A DNA stretch of 64,000 bases from Octopus vulgaris (GCA_951406725.2 OX597825.1:28706001-28770000), one strand, 5' to 3'. Counted from the stretch's first letter, positions 25,708 through 40,475 are shown. Numbers and translations are program-made. Notes: generated from the sequence alone by a model not told the origin.

Positions 25708-26026
25708 ATATATATATATACATACATACATGCACACACAGACACATATATATATAAATATTAATTTGATATATAAATTACTTATAAATTCTTATTCATG
25801 CTTGATAAAATATTTTATTTGATACTTGATAAAAATCATTGATGTGATTTTATCCTTTTCTATTATGAATAATATAATATTTTTACTCCTGATCAAAATC
25901 ACATTTCCTGCGGTGCTATTTTGATAATATAATTATCTTTGATCTGTACGTGCAAATACTTGTATGTTGACGTGCGAATCCACTTTGTACGGGTATGTAT
26001 AATTATTTGTTAGGATATTGCCGTGT

Positions 26027-26092
26027 ATTGCGCTGACGAAGAAGAAAAGCCTTTTTATGGGTTTAATCCAGAAATTGAACGCAATTCACAAT
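26027..26092 (+). ncRNA. Hammerhead motif with decayed stem II, within an element at ~25757-26230
   Basis: ATTGCG-CTGACGA-..AAGCCT/GGGTTT..-GAAA-TTG aacg CAA-TT-CACAAT; stem I 5/6 paired; stem III architecture as in the 11418/11580 pair. Confidence 0.6.
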
Positions 26093-26221
26093 TAACGTAA
26101 AGTTTTTCACTCGCCCGTCTAGAACCTGTGTCTTCCTTGGAGTTTTTCCGGTAGTTCTTTTAGTACATCGGCATTAATTTCAAGGATGTAGGAGATAGGC
26201 GTCTGGCCTTGCTCACATAAT

Positions 26222-26284
<63 letters not shown>

Positions 26285-27244
26285 TACATATAAGACTATG
26301 AACGTACAGAGCTTGAATGAGAATATAAATTAGCAACGAAGCACGTAGATATAGAGAGATAGGTACATCTATACATATATCAAATGATTAACAAATATAA
26401 AGATGTCTGATATGTATATTATATTATTTGAATAATACCAAGTGTGGTATGAATATAGTGAGTTATACAAGTAAATGCATACTCCAGTACACGTATGAAA
26501 TGCTGACACACAGTTATACAGCTTGCCTGCTATATAGTTTGATATAGATATTCTTGCATAAATGTGTATATGAATATGTGTGTGTATACAGAAAGAGAGT
26601 GAGACAGAGACAGTTACATAGATGGATAGGTAGATAGAAAAATAGATAAACAGACACATAGACAAACAAATATAGATATATGGGTAAATGTAGATAGACT
26701 GATACTTATACATAAATAAATGCATATATGCATACATTCATACATACATACGTACGTACATACATAGATATATGCATAGAGCTGCAAGATAAAAAAGAAA
26801 ACTCGTGACTATAGCGGAAACAAGAAGAGATATGCTAGAAATGGTAGAAGGAAGATTAGAGAGGCAGCTTGCCACCGCCTACATCCACTCTAAACACAAG
26901 CAAACACATCTAGATACATCTCTTCTCTTCGTCCCTTCTTATGGACACTGTCCAGAAATTTAATCATGCTTTTCTCTTTCACTCACTACAGGCTGCATTG
27001 TTCTTTTGTGTTGGGTTTTCTCATTGCATATTTATTGTAATTAAGTAATGTTTTATCGAAAAAGTCTTAGGTTCCATTTAATTTTACTATTATTGGATAT
27101 GTATTTTTTGTGGGGTTCTTTTGCTTTAGCCAATAGAATAAACCCATATTTTGTCTTGATTTCCATCCCAGTTTCTAAGACGACACTCGATGTTTTACTT
27201 TGTTTTTATCCTCTTCGCCTCAGTATTAGTTACCAAACTATCAT

Positions 27245-27360
27245 CTTATCTGTTAATGCCACAAAAGTGGCAGTTCTAATTCAATGCATAGAAACTGTCA
27301 GAAGCCCTAGCGATGTAGCTGATGAAGGCTGTATTTTCCCTCTTTCCGTCAGTTGCTTGT
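27245..27360 (+). mobile_element. Decayed PLE-type segment with hammerhead-like boxes
   Basis: CTTAT-CTGTTAA..GAAACTGTC-AGAAG, followed by CTGATGAAGG starting 28 nt after the G of GAAA. Confidence 0.4.
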
Positions 27361-27986
27361 ATACATTTGTGCACATACACACAAAGGGTCTTTACGTGAA
27401 AGAGAAAAAAAACGCACGAATTGATGCTAGTATATTTAAGTATCACTCCAATAATGCCGTAAGGAACAAAGGCTACATGGACAATTGTATTACGCTCTGT
27501 AAAACTTACAGAGAGCTTTTACCTGTAATGTACCCAGAGTTTCTGTTCCATTGGAAATTTAGGTTTTCTTAAAGTTCCTGTTCGAATGTGTTGCTAGAAA
27601 GGCGTTCGGATTAGGTTCGTATTGGAAATACACACCTTTCCTACACTGTTATAATATAGGCATGTAAACACACGTACACCAACACACACACGCACACCCT
27701 GATGAATGTATGTGTGTGAGTGTGTGTGTGTGTGTGTATTTGTATTTGTATGTATGTATTGATAAATAAGATAAAAGTGGAGTTTAGAAACCCAAGGTGT
27801 ACTCTAAATCGGCACTTATGCAAATGTTCTTTCACTCCGAGCGTTTCAACAGTTCGTGGTTTAGATGCAGCCTGAATATAAATATTAATGTTTTTGTAAT
27901 ATTACAACATATTACTCATGATCCAAGTTCCTCTCTTCAGGTCATAATAAAGAAATAAGTAAAATTGCAAAACCGCCATTCTTAGA

Positions 27987-28255
<269 letters not shown>

Positions 28256-28621
28256 TGCCCGTTAAGAATTTTGCTTCCGATCCTCAAGGGCTCGAGTTCG
28301 GTCCCACTCCATGTTATCTTGCGTGTCTTTTACTGTCTCTTCTATCCGACTAAATCTTAGGAGTGTATTTGGGTGAGCATCATACATACCGACATACAGA
28401 CATATATACATACAAACATATAATTACACAGATACATGCATACACATATACATATGCATGTAGGTATGTATATGTATGAGTTTGTATGTGTGTATGTGTG
28501 AGTATGCGTTTGCGTGTGTATGTATGTGTCCCTTTGTCTTGATAGTTGTAAATAAGTTGTATTCACGTTCAACTAGTGTTATTCATTTCCAATATTCTGC
28601 GCAAACTTGTATGATCGTGGA

Positions 28622-28671
<50 letters not shown>

Positions 28672-28673
<2 letters not shown>

Positions 28674-29076
28674 TTACTCTTTACTCTTTTACTTGTTTCA
28701 GTCATTTGACTGCGGCCATGCTGGAGCACCGTCTCTAGTCGAGCAAATCGACCCCGGGACTTATTCTTTGTAAGCCCAGTACTTATTCTATCGGTCTCTT
28801 TTGCCGAACCGCTAAGTGACAGGGACGTAAACACACCAACATCGGTTGTCAAGCAATGCTAGGGGGACAAACATAGACACACAAACATATATACACACAC
28901 ACTTAAATATATATACATATATACGACAGGCTTCTTTCAGTTTCCGTCTACCAAATCCACTCACAAGGCATTGGTCGGCCCGGGGCTATAGCAGAAGACA
29001 CTTGCCCAAGATGCCACGCAGTGGGACTGAACCCGGAACCATGTGGTTGGTAAACAAGCTACTTACCACACAGCCA
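28672..29076 (-). mobile_element. SINE family A
   Basis: Reverse complement of the family sequence; head slightly truncated. Confidence 0.9.
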
Positions 29077-29626
29077 TAATATATATAAGCAGTAGTATAA
29101 GCAGTAGCTGCACGACAATGTGAAGTATATAACTGCCACTTAAACGTGGCTAACCACTAAGGGTGGATGCTACTGTAGCTTGTGGCCCCACGAGAACATC
29201 TTTTCCAGCTGGCTATTGACACACTTTTTGTACCATATCAGTATTCTTTTTCGAAGCAGGCGACGATTGCCGACCGTAAGGACATCCCTCCGTAGAAAAT
29301 CAGCTTCATTAGACTCTGTTCGACTCATCATGAGTGGATGGAAAAACAGACTTTAAAACAATGATGATGATGATAATGGTAGTGACGATAATGATGATAT
29401 ATAATGATTCTTTGTTTTTTTTTTCGTTGAAACCAAAAAAGTATCTTCAACTTCCATAAAAGGCAACAATATTAACTCGGTGCAAATAGAAGTATTTTAT
29501 AGTTATTGACTCATTTCATGACATTTTAATTTATATATTTTCCTATACAATAAACATACATAATGCATACATATTTATATAAATCGATAGACACAACATA
29601 TATTTATGTATATACATACAAATATT

Positions 29627-29679
<53 letters not shown>

Positions 29680-29720
29680 GTGTGTGTATACATATATGTA
29701 TGTATGTACCTCTTTCTCTC

Positions 29721-29756
<36 letters not shown>

Positions 29757-30296
29757 ACGGCGGTGCATCAGTATGGCCGCAGCTCTGAGCTGAAACTACA
29801 AAAAAAAAAATATATATAAGTACATAGACGGGCTCATGTACTGGCGTATACATAATATGATATATATTTAGGTACACTTATGCTAGTTTATATTATATTT
29901 ATGAACAATATAAAATATTAGACATTTCCTGTTTAGTATTTTTAATAATAAATCATTTGTCTTGTATACAAAATATACTTATGACATCGTAAACATCATG
30001 ATGTATTAAAGATTTTCTTTAAACTACTGCCTAAATAAAACCGACTGTTTCTATACCCGGTTTATAAAATGTACATTGATATCAATAATAATTGTTGCTT
30101 TTGGTTTTTGTTAGTAAACGCTGAAGCGACAATGTGGAAGAGCAAGGATTTTCAGATAAAGGAATCAACCAGTTGAATCGTACATAACGAATAGTAAAAA
30201 TATGTAAGGGTTTTCTGAAGTTCAACATGTGACGTTGCTCCAGAGATGGAGCCCTGTAACTTTGTTAGAAACCAACTCCTTCTTTGCAAGAAGGAG

Positions 30297-30362
30297 TTAT
30301 AAATGGAACAAACACACACACATACATATATACATATACACACACACACACACACTTATGCA

Positions 30363-30424
<62 letters not shown>

Positions 30425-30763
30425 AAGAGAGAGAGAATATGTACATACACACGTACGTACATATTCAACAACTTAAGAATTCAAAATATTTGTAAGTTTA
30501 TTATATATAGTGCAATATGGGAGTGGACGCATCATTATAAATGGAACAAGCACTCACACACACATATATACATATATACACACATATGTATATATATATA
30601 TGTAGAGAGAGAGAGAGAGGGAGAGAGAGAGAGAAAGAGAGAGAGAGAAAGAGAGAGACAGAGAGAATATGTACATATATACGTATGTATATATTCAACA
30701 ACCTAAGAATTAAAAACATTCGTCAGTTTATTATATATAATGCAATAAGGAAGTGGACATCAT
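30297..30763. repeat. Tandem duplication of a ~235-bp microsatellite-containing unit
   Basis: Units start at TTATAAATGGAACAA (30297 and 30535) and share GAGAATATGTACATA..ATATTCAACAAC..GAGTGGAC/AAGTGGAC. Confidence 0.85.
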
Positions 30764-31328
30764 CCACGGTAAAGATAGAGAACTGAATAAAATTTATTGT
30801 CATATTTAATTTTACATTTGTTTGAAATTGAAATTTCACCAATGATTTTGCTTTCGTGATACCGGTTTTGACAAAAAGATACCATTTTTAAATGCCTTCC
30901 CTAAAATATTTGGCTTTGCCATTGTTAGAAACTGTTATGTAAATAAAAGAAGGAAACCAATTGCTATTGTTAGGAACAGTTATGTAAGCGTAACGCTTGT
31001 TTAATGATTATTCATTTTCTGTCTGCTAAGATCAATGAGGATTTCAAATGGAAATAAGATAGTGAAAAGGATATACCCAAAATAAATAAATTTAAAAAAT
31101 AAAGTCGGAACTCAGTAACATATTGCTGCAAAGACTATGAGAGCAAACATACAATGCACACCAAAGAATTGTTTACAATCAGTGCGCCATTTTGTTTCCT
31201 TCTCACTTGTTAATGTAGTACGTATGATAATATACAGCGTTGCATACGGTGTTGGCTTTCATTAATAATAAAATTGATTTAATTGTATGCGTGAGCTGTA
31301 TGTGTAGTAAAGAGTCTTTGGAAGAGAT

Positions 31329-31470
31329 GGTTAACCCAAAACCTAGAACAATAACTATATTGAGAAAATAGTCATGATTCTTCGCCTAGAGTCTGGTGAA
31401 CAGCCATCCAAGGTGTGTAAAACTTTAAATTTAGCACCTTCTGCTAAATTGTTTACGATGTGGAAACAAG
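31329..31470 (+). pseudogene. Tigger/pogo transposase N-terminal HTH remnant
   Basis: KPRTIT..EKIVMILRLESGEQPSKVCKTLNLAPS resembles a psq/CENP-B N-terminal HTH. Confidence 0.55.
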
Positions 31471-32044
31471 AAGGAAGGCGGAACGATTGTTTACGATATG
31501 GAAATAAGAAGGAAGGCGGAAGCGCAGAAATAAAGTGTGCCGTCTTTCCCTTAACTTTTGTTACGAAATAAGGCAATGGAGATTCTGCATATTATTGATG
31601 TTGTGAGTTGAGATTATGAACAAAAGTATACGCCTGAAACAATTCTTGGCAAGTTAGGATGTTATACATTTGTTAGGAGACTGGTAGTACCAAAACATTT
31701 TTGAACAATAAAGAATAATTTCATTGGTCTTAGATCCATTCTCCGTGGAAAATTATTATTCTAAACTGCAATGCTTAATAGAAGAATTCAGCCACTACCC
31801 TGATGTTGAAGAAATGCTGGTTTATTAAGAAAAACGCCAAATATGTTGTACATCGTCTGTTGGATGTCTACATCTACTTCGATCCGTTGTCATTACTTCA
31901 GAGTGGATATGCATCTTGAACTTGTAAATCCATACCTTTGATGGTGGTATACCATCCCGATACGCCTCGTGTAATAAAAAGCATGAAGGTGCGACTTATT
32001 ACGACTTTCAAAGGCCGTTAACTGGGTACCTGAGAGACATGTTA

Positions 32045-32410
32045 AAGCACATGCAATGGGTTGATTAGCTGGAACATTGCTTTGAAGGGTTTTGGTCGAA
32101 CAAAGTTAACCCAACACTTATTATTTTTTTATAATCTGTCGTTTATTCTATCGGTTGTCAGGCCTAACCACTAATTTACAGGACATAAACAAACCATAAC
32201 CGGTTGTCAAACAGCGGGCAGTGGGGAAAACACTGATGCTGACACACACATACATGAAGGGTTTCCACTAAGTTTCCGTTTACCACTTTCACTCAAAATG
32301 TATTGGTCGGCACAGGGCTAGTGTCGGAGATAGTTGCCCCGCGTACTGAACTGTGGAACTGAACCCGAAATCCCGTGGTTGCAAAACAAGCTCCTTATCC
32401 ACACAGCCAG
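32045..32410 (-). mobile_element. Old diverged SINE family A copy
   Basis: Recognisable head, CORE-like segment and tail with many substitutions. Confidence 0.7.
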
Positions 32411-32475
32411 TCTAGGGTATTCTTGCGAAAGATTCGAAGAGCGATGCACTCTGTAATTAATATTTCAGATTAGAA

Positions 32476-32861
32476 AGGCGGCGAGCTGGCAGAACCGTTA
32501 GCAAGCCGGGCGAAATACGTAGCGGTATTTCGTCTGCCGTTACGTTCTGAGTTCAAATTCCGCCAAGGTCGACTTTGCCTTTCATCCTTTTGGGGTCGAT
32601 AAATTAAGTACCAGTTACGCACTGGGGTCGATATAATCGACGTAATCCGTTTGTCTGTCCTTGTTTGTCCTCTCTGTGTTTAGCCCCTTGTGGGCAATAA
32701 AGAAATAAGAAACGTTAGCACGCCGGGCAAAATGCTTAGCGGTATTTCGTCTGTCTTTACGTTCTGAGTTCGATAAATTAAGTACCAGTTGTGTACTGAG
32801 GTCGATCTAATCGAATGAACCCCCCCCCCCAATTTCGAGCCTTGTGCTTAGAATAGAAAAG
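32476..32861 (+). mobile_element. SINE family B composite with a 17-bp TSD
   Basis: AATATTTCAGATTAGAA at 32459-32475 and 32862-32878; a type-2-tail unit joins AGAAACGTTAGC of a type-1-tail unit near 32708. Confidence 0.9.
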
Positions 32862-33171
32862 AATATTTCAGATTAGAACTCAAGAATGGTACTGGATATC
32901 ACTTCTGTATACTTCTTGACACGTTACACAAGGCTTTGCGTTCATTACAAAACAATGGATGACTTTAATTTATTGTTTTATGTATAAGCACCAACAAAGC
33001 GTGTTCAAATAAATATTTCAAGTATTTCATTATTTATTAAGAAGGCAATGTCAGTAAATACACTCGTAAATTTATAGCAGTATGTATCCAGTCCCGTTTC
33101 ATTTCTTTATGGTTTGGACTTCTTTTACAATTTTCCACTTTATGGCTGTATTTCACACTAGCCCCTAATAC

Positions 33172-33202
<31 letters not shown>

Positions 33203-33619
33203 TTTGTGTGTGTATGTGTGTGTGTGTGCGCGTATGTGCGTGTTTATGAGCAAATATATATACTTATACATATATATGTCTAAATATATATATAAATATA
33301 TATTATATGTATGTATGTGTGTGTGAGTGTGTGAGAGAGAGAGAGAGTGTGTGTGTGTGTGTATGTGTGAGTAGACGAGAAATGTGTGCATAGAACAACG
33401 TAAACAATAGATAAAAGAAGATATTAAGTTGTAGAAATTACAGAGGAGAACGATAACAAAAAAAAAAAAAACGAGATGCAGAAGAAAGCCAAACCAGGGA
33501 GTGGATTGTCTTTCAACTCGGTTAAGAGGCTGGTTCTTAGAAGAGAAAAATTTTAAATAAGAACACGGAAAAAAATAGACGTAAACAAAAGCTTCCTTCG
33601 TGAGCCGTCAACTTACCTT

Positions 33620-33697
<78 letters not shown>

Positions 33698-33825
33698 GTA
33701 TACCTGTGAAGTTGAAGTTATTTTAAAGCAAATTAAATAACAGCGACGGAACACAAACACATGAGGGACTCACTTCTAAGAGTTGAGTCAAATTTGTTGT
33801 ACACAAACAGACTTGCATACACACA

Positions 33826-33859
<34 letters not shown>

Positions 33860-33862
<3 letters not shown>

Positions 33863-34326
33863 TCTCTATATATAAAAGGCAGGTTGTCTGTCTGTGTGTC
33901 TGTGTGTCTGTCAGGTTGTACCCTCACCCTGACCACGGCTTTCAACCGATGCTGATGAAACTTGACACACACATAGCCCAATGTCCTAATTCAAAACTAA
34001 TGCAGCGAAAATTTTGAAAAGTTCCCCCAGTTCTGAAAAAAATCGATAAATTCGACATGGGGTCGAGAATCTAAGCTTTTTATATGCAACACATTTTCTG
34101 GGCTGTACGTGGGCTGTTCACGCGTTGGGAGGTGCAATGATGTTTTCATGTTTTCGCCCAAAGGGACAGCTAGGAACATCGTATACACAGAAGTATTCGA
34201 GTGAAGAGAAGACATTGCAACCTACACATGCGCCTTCGTTCCCTAGAGGGAAAGGACTAGATTGGGATTAGTCGTTGCCTACTAGGGGCTCTTACGTACC
34301 CGGGCAACGCCGGGCTATGCTGCTAG
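33860..34326 (+). mobile_element. Non-autonomous Helitron retaining the RepHel helicase C-terminus
   Basis: 5' TC, 3' CTAG, inserted between A and T; subterminal hairpin CCCGGGCAACGCCGGG (34299-34314); peptide TFSGLYVGCSRVGRCNDVFMFSPKGTARNIVYTEVFE* at 34091-34204. Confidence 0.9.
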
Positions 34327-34962
34327 TACAAACATAAACTCGCAAACACAAACACACGCATACACACACACCCCCACACAAAACCCACACTCACACACAC
34401 ATTGACTGAGTGTTCTGGTTTCGCCTAACGGCTTACACAACTAGCTAAATGCTAGAATATTAGAATGAACCGTTAAGTCAAACTTCAAAGTCAACACAAA
34501 TTTTGCAGTAATTTTGTCTGTAGCTTCCGTATTAAGCCAGTTCATCAGAAAATGCTTCCTTGTTGTTCTTGAACCGGTTTTAACGTAGTAAACTCAATTG
34601 TCAAATTGGTGAACCAGGTTGAAACGTTAAACACGGCATTTCGTCCATTTTCACGTTATGAGTTCAAATGCCAATGAGGTCGGCTTTGCCTTTCATCCTT
34701 TAGCGTTGATAAAGCAAGTACTGAGGGTCTGCAAAATAAGTACAAGTCGATTACTGGGGATCGACAAAATAAATACTTAAATAATTTGACTCGATCCCCT
34801 CCTCCGAAATTTCTGGCATTGAGACAAAATTTGAAACCAGTATAATAACCTCAGTTTTAACACGTGCGCACAGACACATATCTATCCACATACACACATG
34901 CATATATATATACATATTTGTATGTGAAACTTTAAGCAACATAGTAAAATAGTCAGATATAT

Positions 34963-35420
34963 TCAATCAACTCCCGCTGTTTTGAGATGATTTCAAGCTG
35001 TATGATGCAGATGACACGAATCTGAAAATACTCTTACATACAGTGTCCGAAGTCTGTTGGGATATTGGCATTAAATACGGTTTGGGAAAATCTGCCAAAA
35101 CGATATTTGAAAAGAGATAATTTTAACAAAAAAATAATGATAGCATATTCGGTTAGAAAACTGTAATAAAATATTTAGACCTATCACAAAATTGGAATTA
35201 CTTGGAATTAAAAACTTGACTGAATACGAGGTAATCTAACGAAATAAAATTTCTGGTAGTAATGTTGTGAAGAATTAAAAGTTCAACGGATTTAACATGT
35301 ATTAATACGTTATCTATTCGATTGATGTTCTACATTTTTAGTAATCAGGAACACACCGGTTATATTGTCATCTACAATTAAGAGAGGGGAATAGATACGT
35401 GACGTGCCAAGATGTTCATT
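34963..35420 (+). pseudogene. R4/Dong-like reverse transcriptase remnant
   Basis: LF*DDFKLYDADDTNLKILLHTVSEVCWDIGIKYGLGKSAK (MDDLKLY..DIGMxFGLxKCA motif), later YLGI. Confidence 0.7.
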
Positions 35421-35454
35421 GAGAAAGAACTTATTCTTGTTTTAATGGTATTTA

Positions 35455-35854
35455 TATTTCTTTACTACCCACAAGGAGCTAAACACAGTGGGGACAAATA
35501 AGGACAGACAAAGGGACCAAGTCGACCACATCGACCCAGTGCGAAACTGGTACTTTATTTATCGACCCCGAGAGGATGAAAGACAAATTTGAACTCAGAA
35601 CGTAACGACAGACGAAATACCTATTTCTTTATTACCCACAAGGGGCTAAACACAGAGGGGACAAACAAGGACAGACATAGGTATTAAGTCGATTACATCG
35701 ACCCCAGTGCTCAACTGGTACTTTATTTATCGACCCCGAAAGGGATGAAAGGCAAAGTCGACCTCGGCGGAATTTGAACTCTGAACGTAATGACAGACGA
35801 AATACCGCTAAGCATTTCGCCCGGCTTGCTAACGTTTCTGCCAGCTCGCCGCCT
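35455..35854 (-). mobile_element. SINE family B dimer (both type-2 tails) with TSD
   Basis: TTCTTGTTTTAATGGTAT on both sides (~35434 and ~35855); minus-strand junction AAAGAAATA|GGTATTTCGTC near 35621. Confidence 0.9.
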
Positions 35855-36274
35855 TTCTTGTTTTAATGGTATATAGACAACAGAGAGAGGGAGAGAGAGA
35901 GGGGGAGGGGGGGAGGGGGGGAGAGAGATTATAATACTTAATTCTCTTCAGAACAGGATATCAGTTCATTGCTGTGTTTACTCTCAATGGTTCTGAAGCA
36001 ACATGAAATGAAATGTTTCGTTCAAGAACCTATTGCAGCGACCGGTAGACGAGTCGAACCCATGAACTTATGTAGATGAGTCCACCATCCTATTCCACTG
36101 GGTCACGGGTATTCACTGAAATCAGGAAGCTGTTAAATAATTCCTGCCGTTGGCCTACAAAATTATTTCGTATATCATTACTTGTGCCTTAATAATTCCA
36201 TACATAAATAAAAAGTCGGAAATTTTGAAGTGGTGAGTCTTAGCGGATCAATCGACTCAGAGCTTCACTGATTA

Positions 36275-36488
36275 CATTGGTCAATACATTTTCTGGCACA
36301 AAGTTTATCAATGGGTTTTAGCTAATATAGGCGTGGCTGTGTGGTAAGTAACTTGCTTACGAACCACATGGTTCCGGGTTCAGTCCCACTGCGTGGCACC
36401 TTGGGCAAGTTTCTTCTACTATAGCCTCGGTCCGACCAAAGCCTCGTGAGTGGATTTGGTAGACGGAAACTGAAAGAAGCCCGTCGTA

Positions 36489-36548
<60 letters not shown>

Positions 36549-37879
36549 TGTGTGTGTGTGTGACTGTGTATATGTTTGTGTGTCTGTGTTTGTCCCCCTA
36601 ACATCGCTTGACAACCGATGCTGGTGTGTTTACGTCCCCGTTGCTTAGCATTTCGGCAAAAGAGACCGATAGAATAAGTACTAGGCTTACAAAGAATAAG
36701 TCCTGGTGTCAATTTGCTCGACTGAAAAGCGGTGCTCCAGCCTGGCCACAGTCAAATGATTGAAATAAGTAAAGGAGTAAAAGAGTAATTTTAAGGTGCT
36801 GAATACAAATCTGGCGTCAGATTTTGTAAGTCACATCAGATTTTGAGATATAAAAATCTTTTAATTTTGTTAGAAACGACTATTTAATTTTCATAAAGGA
36901 ATAATTAAACAGGCATAAATGCAATTCTAATAGAGAATATGTCTTTTTTAATCTAATAAATCACAACACAGTGGGAGTAAATGTGCATTAGTATGTAAGA
37001 ATTAAGCTTGGTTATAACAAAATATGAATACAAAATCTCTATTCATTTTGGTAATTTATTCTGATCACCTTATTACTGCAACAACCTCCTCTTTTCTGAC
37101 GACCTCTTGTATACAGCTTCTGGAATACCTCTACAAGTTGCATCAGTAATCTGCCATCATGTTTAAGTCCCATCGGCTTTGATAGCGTTCTTCCATTACT
37201 TTTATATTTTGATGAAAGTGTTCAGCTTGCTCTTCGCTAACATCACTCAGGTTCCCTGAAAACTCACCCAAGTGACTGTAAGTAGTACAATTTAAAACTC
37301 ATTCTACATCAATCCAATTGATTACCAGCTCAAGAGCAGCTCATCTACAATCTCTTAATAGCTTTGATGAATTGCTTCGTCGCACCAAGTTTCAACGCAG
37401 GTTTTACGAACTTCGTAGAGAGCCCAGGTTTTGTTCCTGGTCTCTAAGTGCTACTTTAAAGTAAGCAAGATACATCTTGACAAAGTCATCAATGTTACAC
37501 CCTTGAGACTGTGGAGTGAAGTTTCCACAGCCATAACAAAAGATATCGGGGTCATTACAGCACGTCCTTCTTTTTGATGTTATATCCATAGGCAGGTCAC
37601 AGTGGTTCAGTTCACAACTGAAAAGGAGAACGGCTTTAAAGCAAAACTCAGCTTGAACGTATTCAAAATTAGCATGACAACCCAGCCAAATTCCCACAAA
37701 TAGTAGGGTAAAGTTAAATTTTGGTATGCTCCAGGTAAATAAAGGTATATGCCGATGGCACAAAAATGTGATGTGATAAAGCAAATCTGAAGTTAGTTTT
37801 GGAAACAGCACCCTCAAATTAGTCTAAAGCAGCTCTAAGATTTTATGCCAGAAAATAAGTTTTATTTTGTTGACCAATG
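36275..37879 (-). mobile_element. Internally deleted Chapaev3-like (CMC) DNA transposon, with a SINE A inserted in one terminal repeat
   Basis: Termini CATTGGTCAA / TTGACCAATG with TTA on both sides; long imperfect TIRs; minus-strand remnants RRTCCNDPDIFCYGCG..YFKVALRDQ and NLSDVSEEQAEHFHQNIKVMEERYQSRWDLNMMADY. The superfamily name is from recall of these motifs. Confidence 0.75.
36329..36787 (+). mobile_element. SINE family A nested in the Chapaev3-like TIR
   Basis: Family sequence; the transposon TIR resumes immediately after it. Confidence 0.9.
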
Positions 37880-38349
37880 TTATGTATGTTACCGACAAAT
37901 CTACCAACCGACCAATCTATCAATCTACCAATCTACCTGTCTGTCTCTCTATCTATGCATACATATCAACATACATACAGCCGTACATACGCACAAAGGC
38001 ACATACGCATAGATGCACATACCGAAGCGCGCGCACACATACACACATCTTTTTTTCTTTTGTTGGCTTTCATTTGTTTCAGTCACTGGACAACGGCCAT
38101 GCTGGAGCACTGCCTATATATGTTCGCTTTGTCGGAGGTTCACTTATTTTCTGTATTTCTGAGTTCATGAGGCTAAACACAGCTCTTGTGGTTGTTCTTC
38201 AAGTTATTATTTCATTATTAGTATTGTTGTTTTTGTTGTGGGTTTCTATTACATCGTTTACGTCACATATATATATTATAATTTTTGTAGTAGTAGTAGT
38301 AGTGGTAGGAGTAGTAGTAGTAGTAGTGGTAATGGTAGTGGTAGTAGTG

Positions 38350-38392
<43 letters not shown>

Positions 38393-38478
38393 TAGTAGTA
38401 GTAATATTAATAATAATAAGTAACAACAAAGGAATGAGACCTCGATATTAGAGAAATAGAGGATCAATTTATAATATG

Positions 38479-38719
38479 TTATAATTTAGAACGCACGGCA
38501 AAAGTTTGTCTTTATAGTACTCGGAGTATAAAATGTCAGAGCGAAGAGCTACGATACATTCTCGTCAGTTATTAATGGCAACAAACGCTATGAGAAACGG
38601 TTTTTCATAGCGTTTGTTGCCATTAATAAGTGACGAGAATGTATCGTAGTTCTTCGCTCCGACATTTTATACTCCGAGTACTATAAAGACAAACTTTTGC
38701 CGTGCGTTCTAAATTATAA
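38479..38719. repeat. 241-bp spacer-less palindrome (fold-back element)
   Basis: ~120-bp arms with about 4 mismatches, centred at ~38599. Confidence 0.9.
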
Positions 38720-38757
38720 AACACACATACACACGTACACACACATACGCACGCACG

Positions 38758-38826
<69 letters not shown>

Positions 38827-39169
38827 TCAGAAATTTAAATTATGATGAATAAGCCATTTCACCGACTTCATTAAGATTCTCATTTCTAGTTGTCGTTTCC
38901 TGTTATGTATGATTGTTTCTGGCGGGGGTGGCAGCGGGTAGTATTCGTGGTGGTGGTGGTGGTGGTGATGGTGGTGGTGGTGGTGAGGGTGGTTAGAATA
39001 CTTTCCTATTTTTAATGTTATTCTTAAAAGTAATGCATTTCTAGTTTTCCATTTTTCTTTCGTTCTTTAATTTTTATCTCATTTTTGTTTTACTATCTAT
39101 TTCTGTACATTAGCTCATTAATTAAGACCTATTATTAGGATTATAATTATTATTGTTAATATTATCATT

Positions 39170-39175
39170 ATGATG

Positions 39176-39233
<58 letters not shown>

Positions 39234-39247
39234 TGATGATGATGATG

Positions 39248-39323
<76 letters not shown>

Positions 39324-39489
39324 TAATAATAATAATAATAATAGTAAAAATAATATTAATAATAATAACAATAATAATAATAATATTAATAATAATAACA
39401 ATAAAAAACAATAATAATAATAATATTAATAATAATAATAATAACAATAATAATCATCATAATTATTATTATTATTAATATTATTATTA

Positions 39490-39577
<88 letters not shown>

Positions 39578-39625
39578 CCTCATCGTGATTACTATTATTA
39601 TCATTGTTATTACTATTATTATCAT
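39170..39625. repeat. (AAT)n switching to (ATT)n microsatellite
   Basis: Strand polarity inverts near 39462. Confidence 0.95.
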
Positions 39626-40006
39626 CACTGTTATTGTTGTTGTTATTGGTCGTTTAATTTTTACATATTCATTTTCCTCATATTTATTTATTGTTATAGA
39701 TATTGTTGCTGCTGTTGCTGTTGTTGATATTCTTTATTTAGCTGATGTATTTCATGCGTGTGTTTCTTTTATTTTCCTGTTTACGCTGTATTTTTTCCCT
39801 AGAATTTTCTTCTTATTATATTTGCCTTTCTATTTTATTTTCGCATCGCTTGTATTATTATTTTTATTTTTTTCTGTTGCTGCTTTTCTTCGCTTCTCAG
39901 TGGCATGGTCTTTTCGACTATTGTGGATTTTGCATTTTGTTGTTGTTGTTGTTGTTGTTGTTGCTGGCATCTCATTATTATTTTCTTTCTTTCTTCCTTC
40001 CTTACT

Positions 40007-40078
<72 letters not shown>

Positions 40079-40274
40079 TACGTGCCGCGGTATGAAGAAG
40101 CCATGGCGGGATAGAGGTAAAGTCTAAATGGGCAACAGTGAAGAATTTCTGGCGCCATAGTTAGAGAATTGCTGGCCATTGAAGTGTAGGATAATTCCTA
40201 TTATGGATTATTTTGGCCTTTAGTCTAACTCTTTGTCTGTGTGTGTGTATGTGTGTGTGTGTGTGTGTGAGTGT

Positions 40275-40310
<36 letters not shown>

Positions 40311-40387
40311 AGTGAGGTGGTAGGGATGCTGAGTGTGGTGATTTCATAATATTTGTTTATACATACACACACACATACATAAAAACA

Positions 40388-40475
<88 letters not shown>

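Noticed and set aside
27319-27360. ATGA-hairpin as a SECIS element (also at 57556 on the minus strand)
   Set aside because: No apical AA at the right distance and no 3' GA to complete the quartet.
27048-27572. 174-aa non-microsatellite ORF
   Set aside because: No recognisable domain; it overlaps a T-rich PLE-type repeat remnant and is likely a chance ORF.
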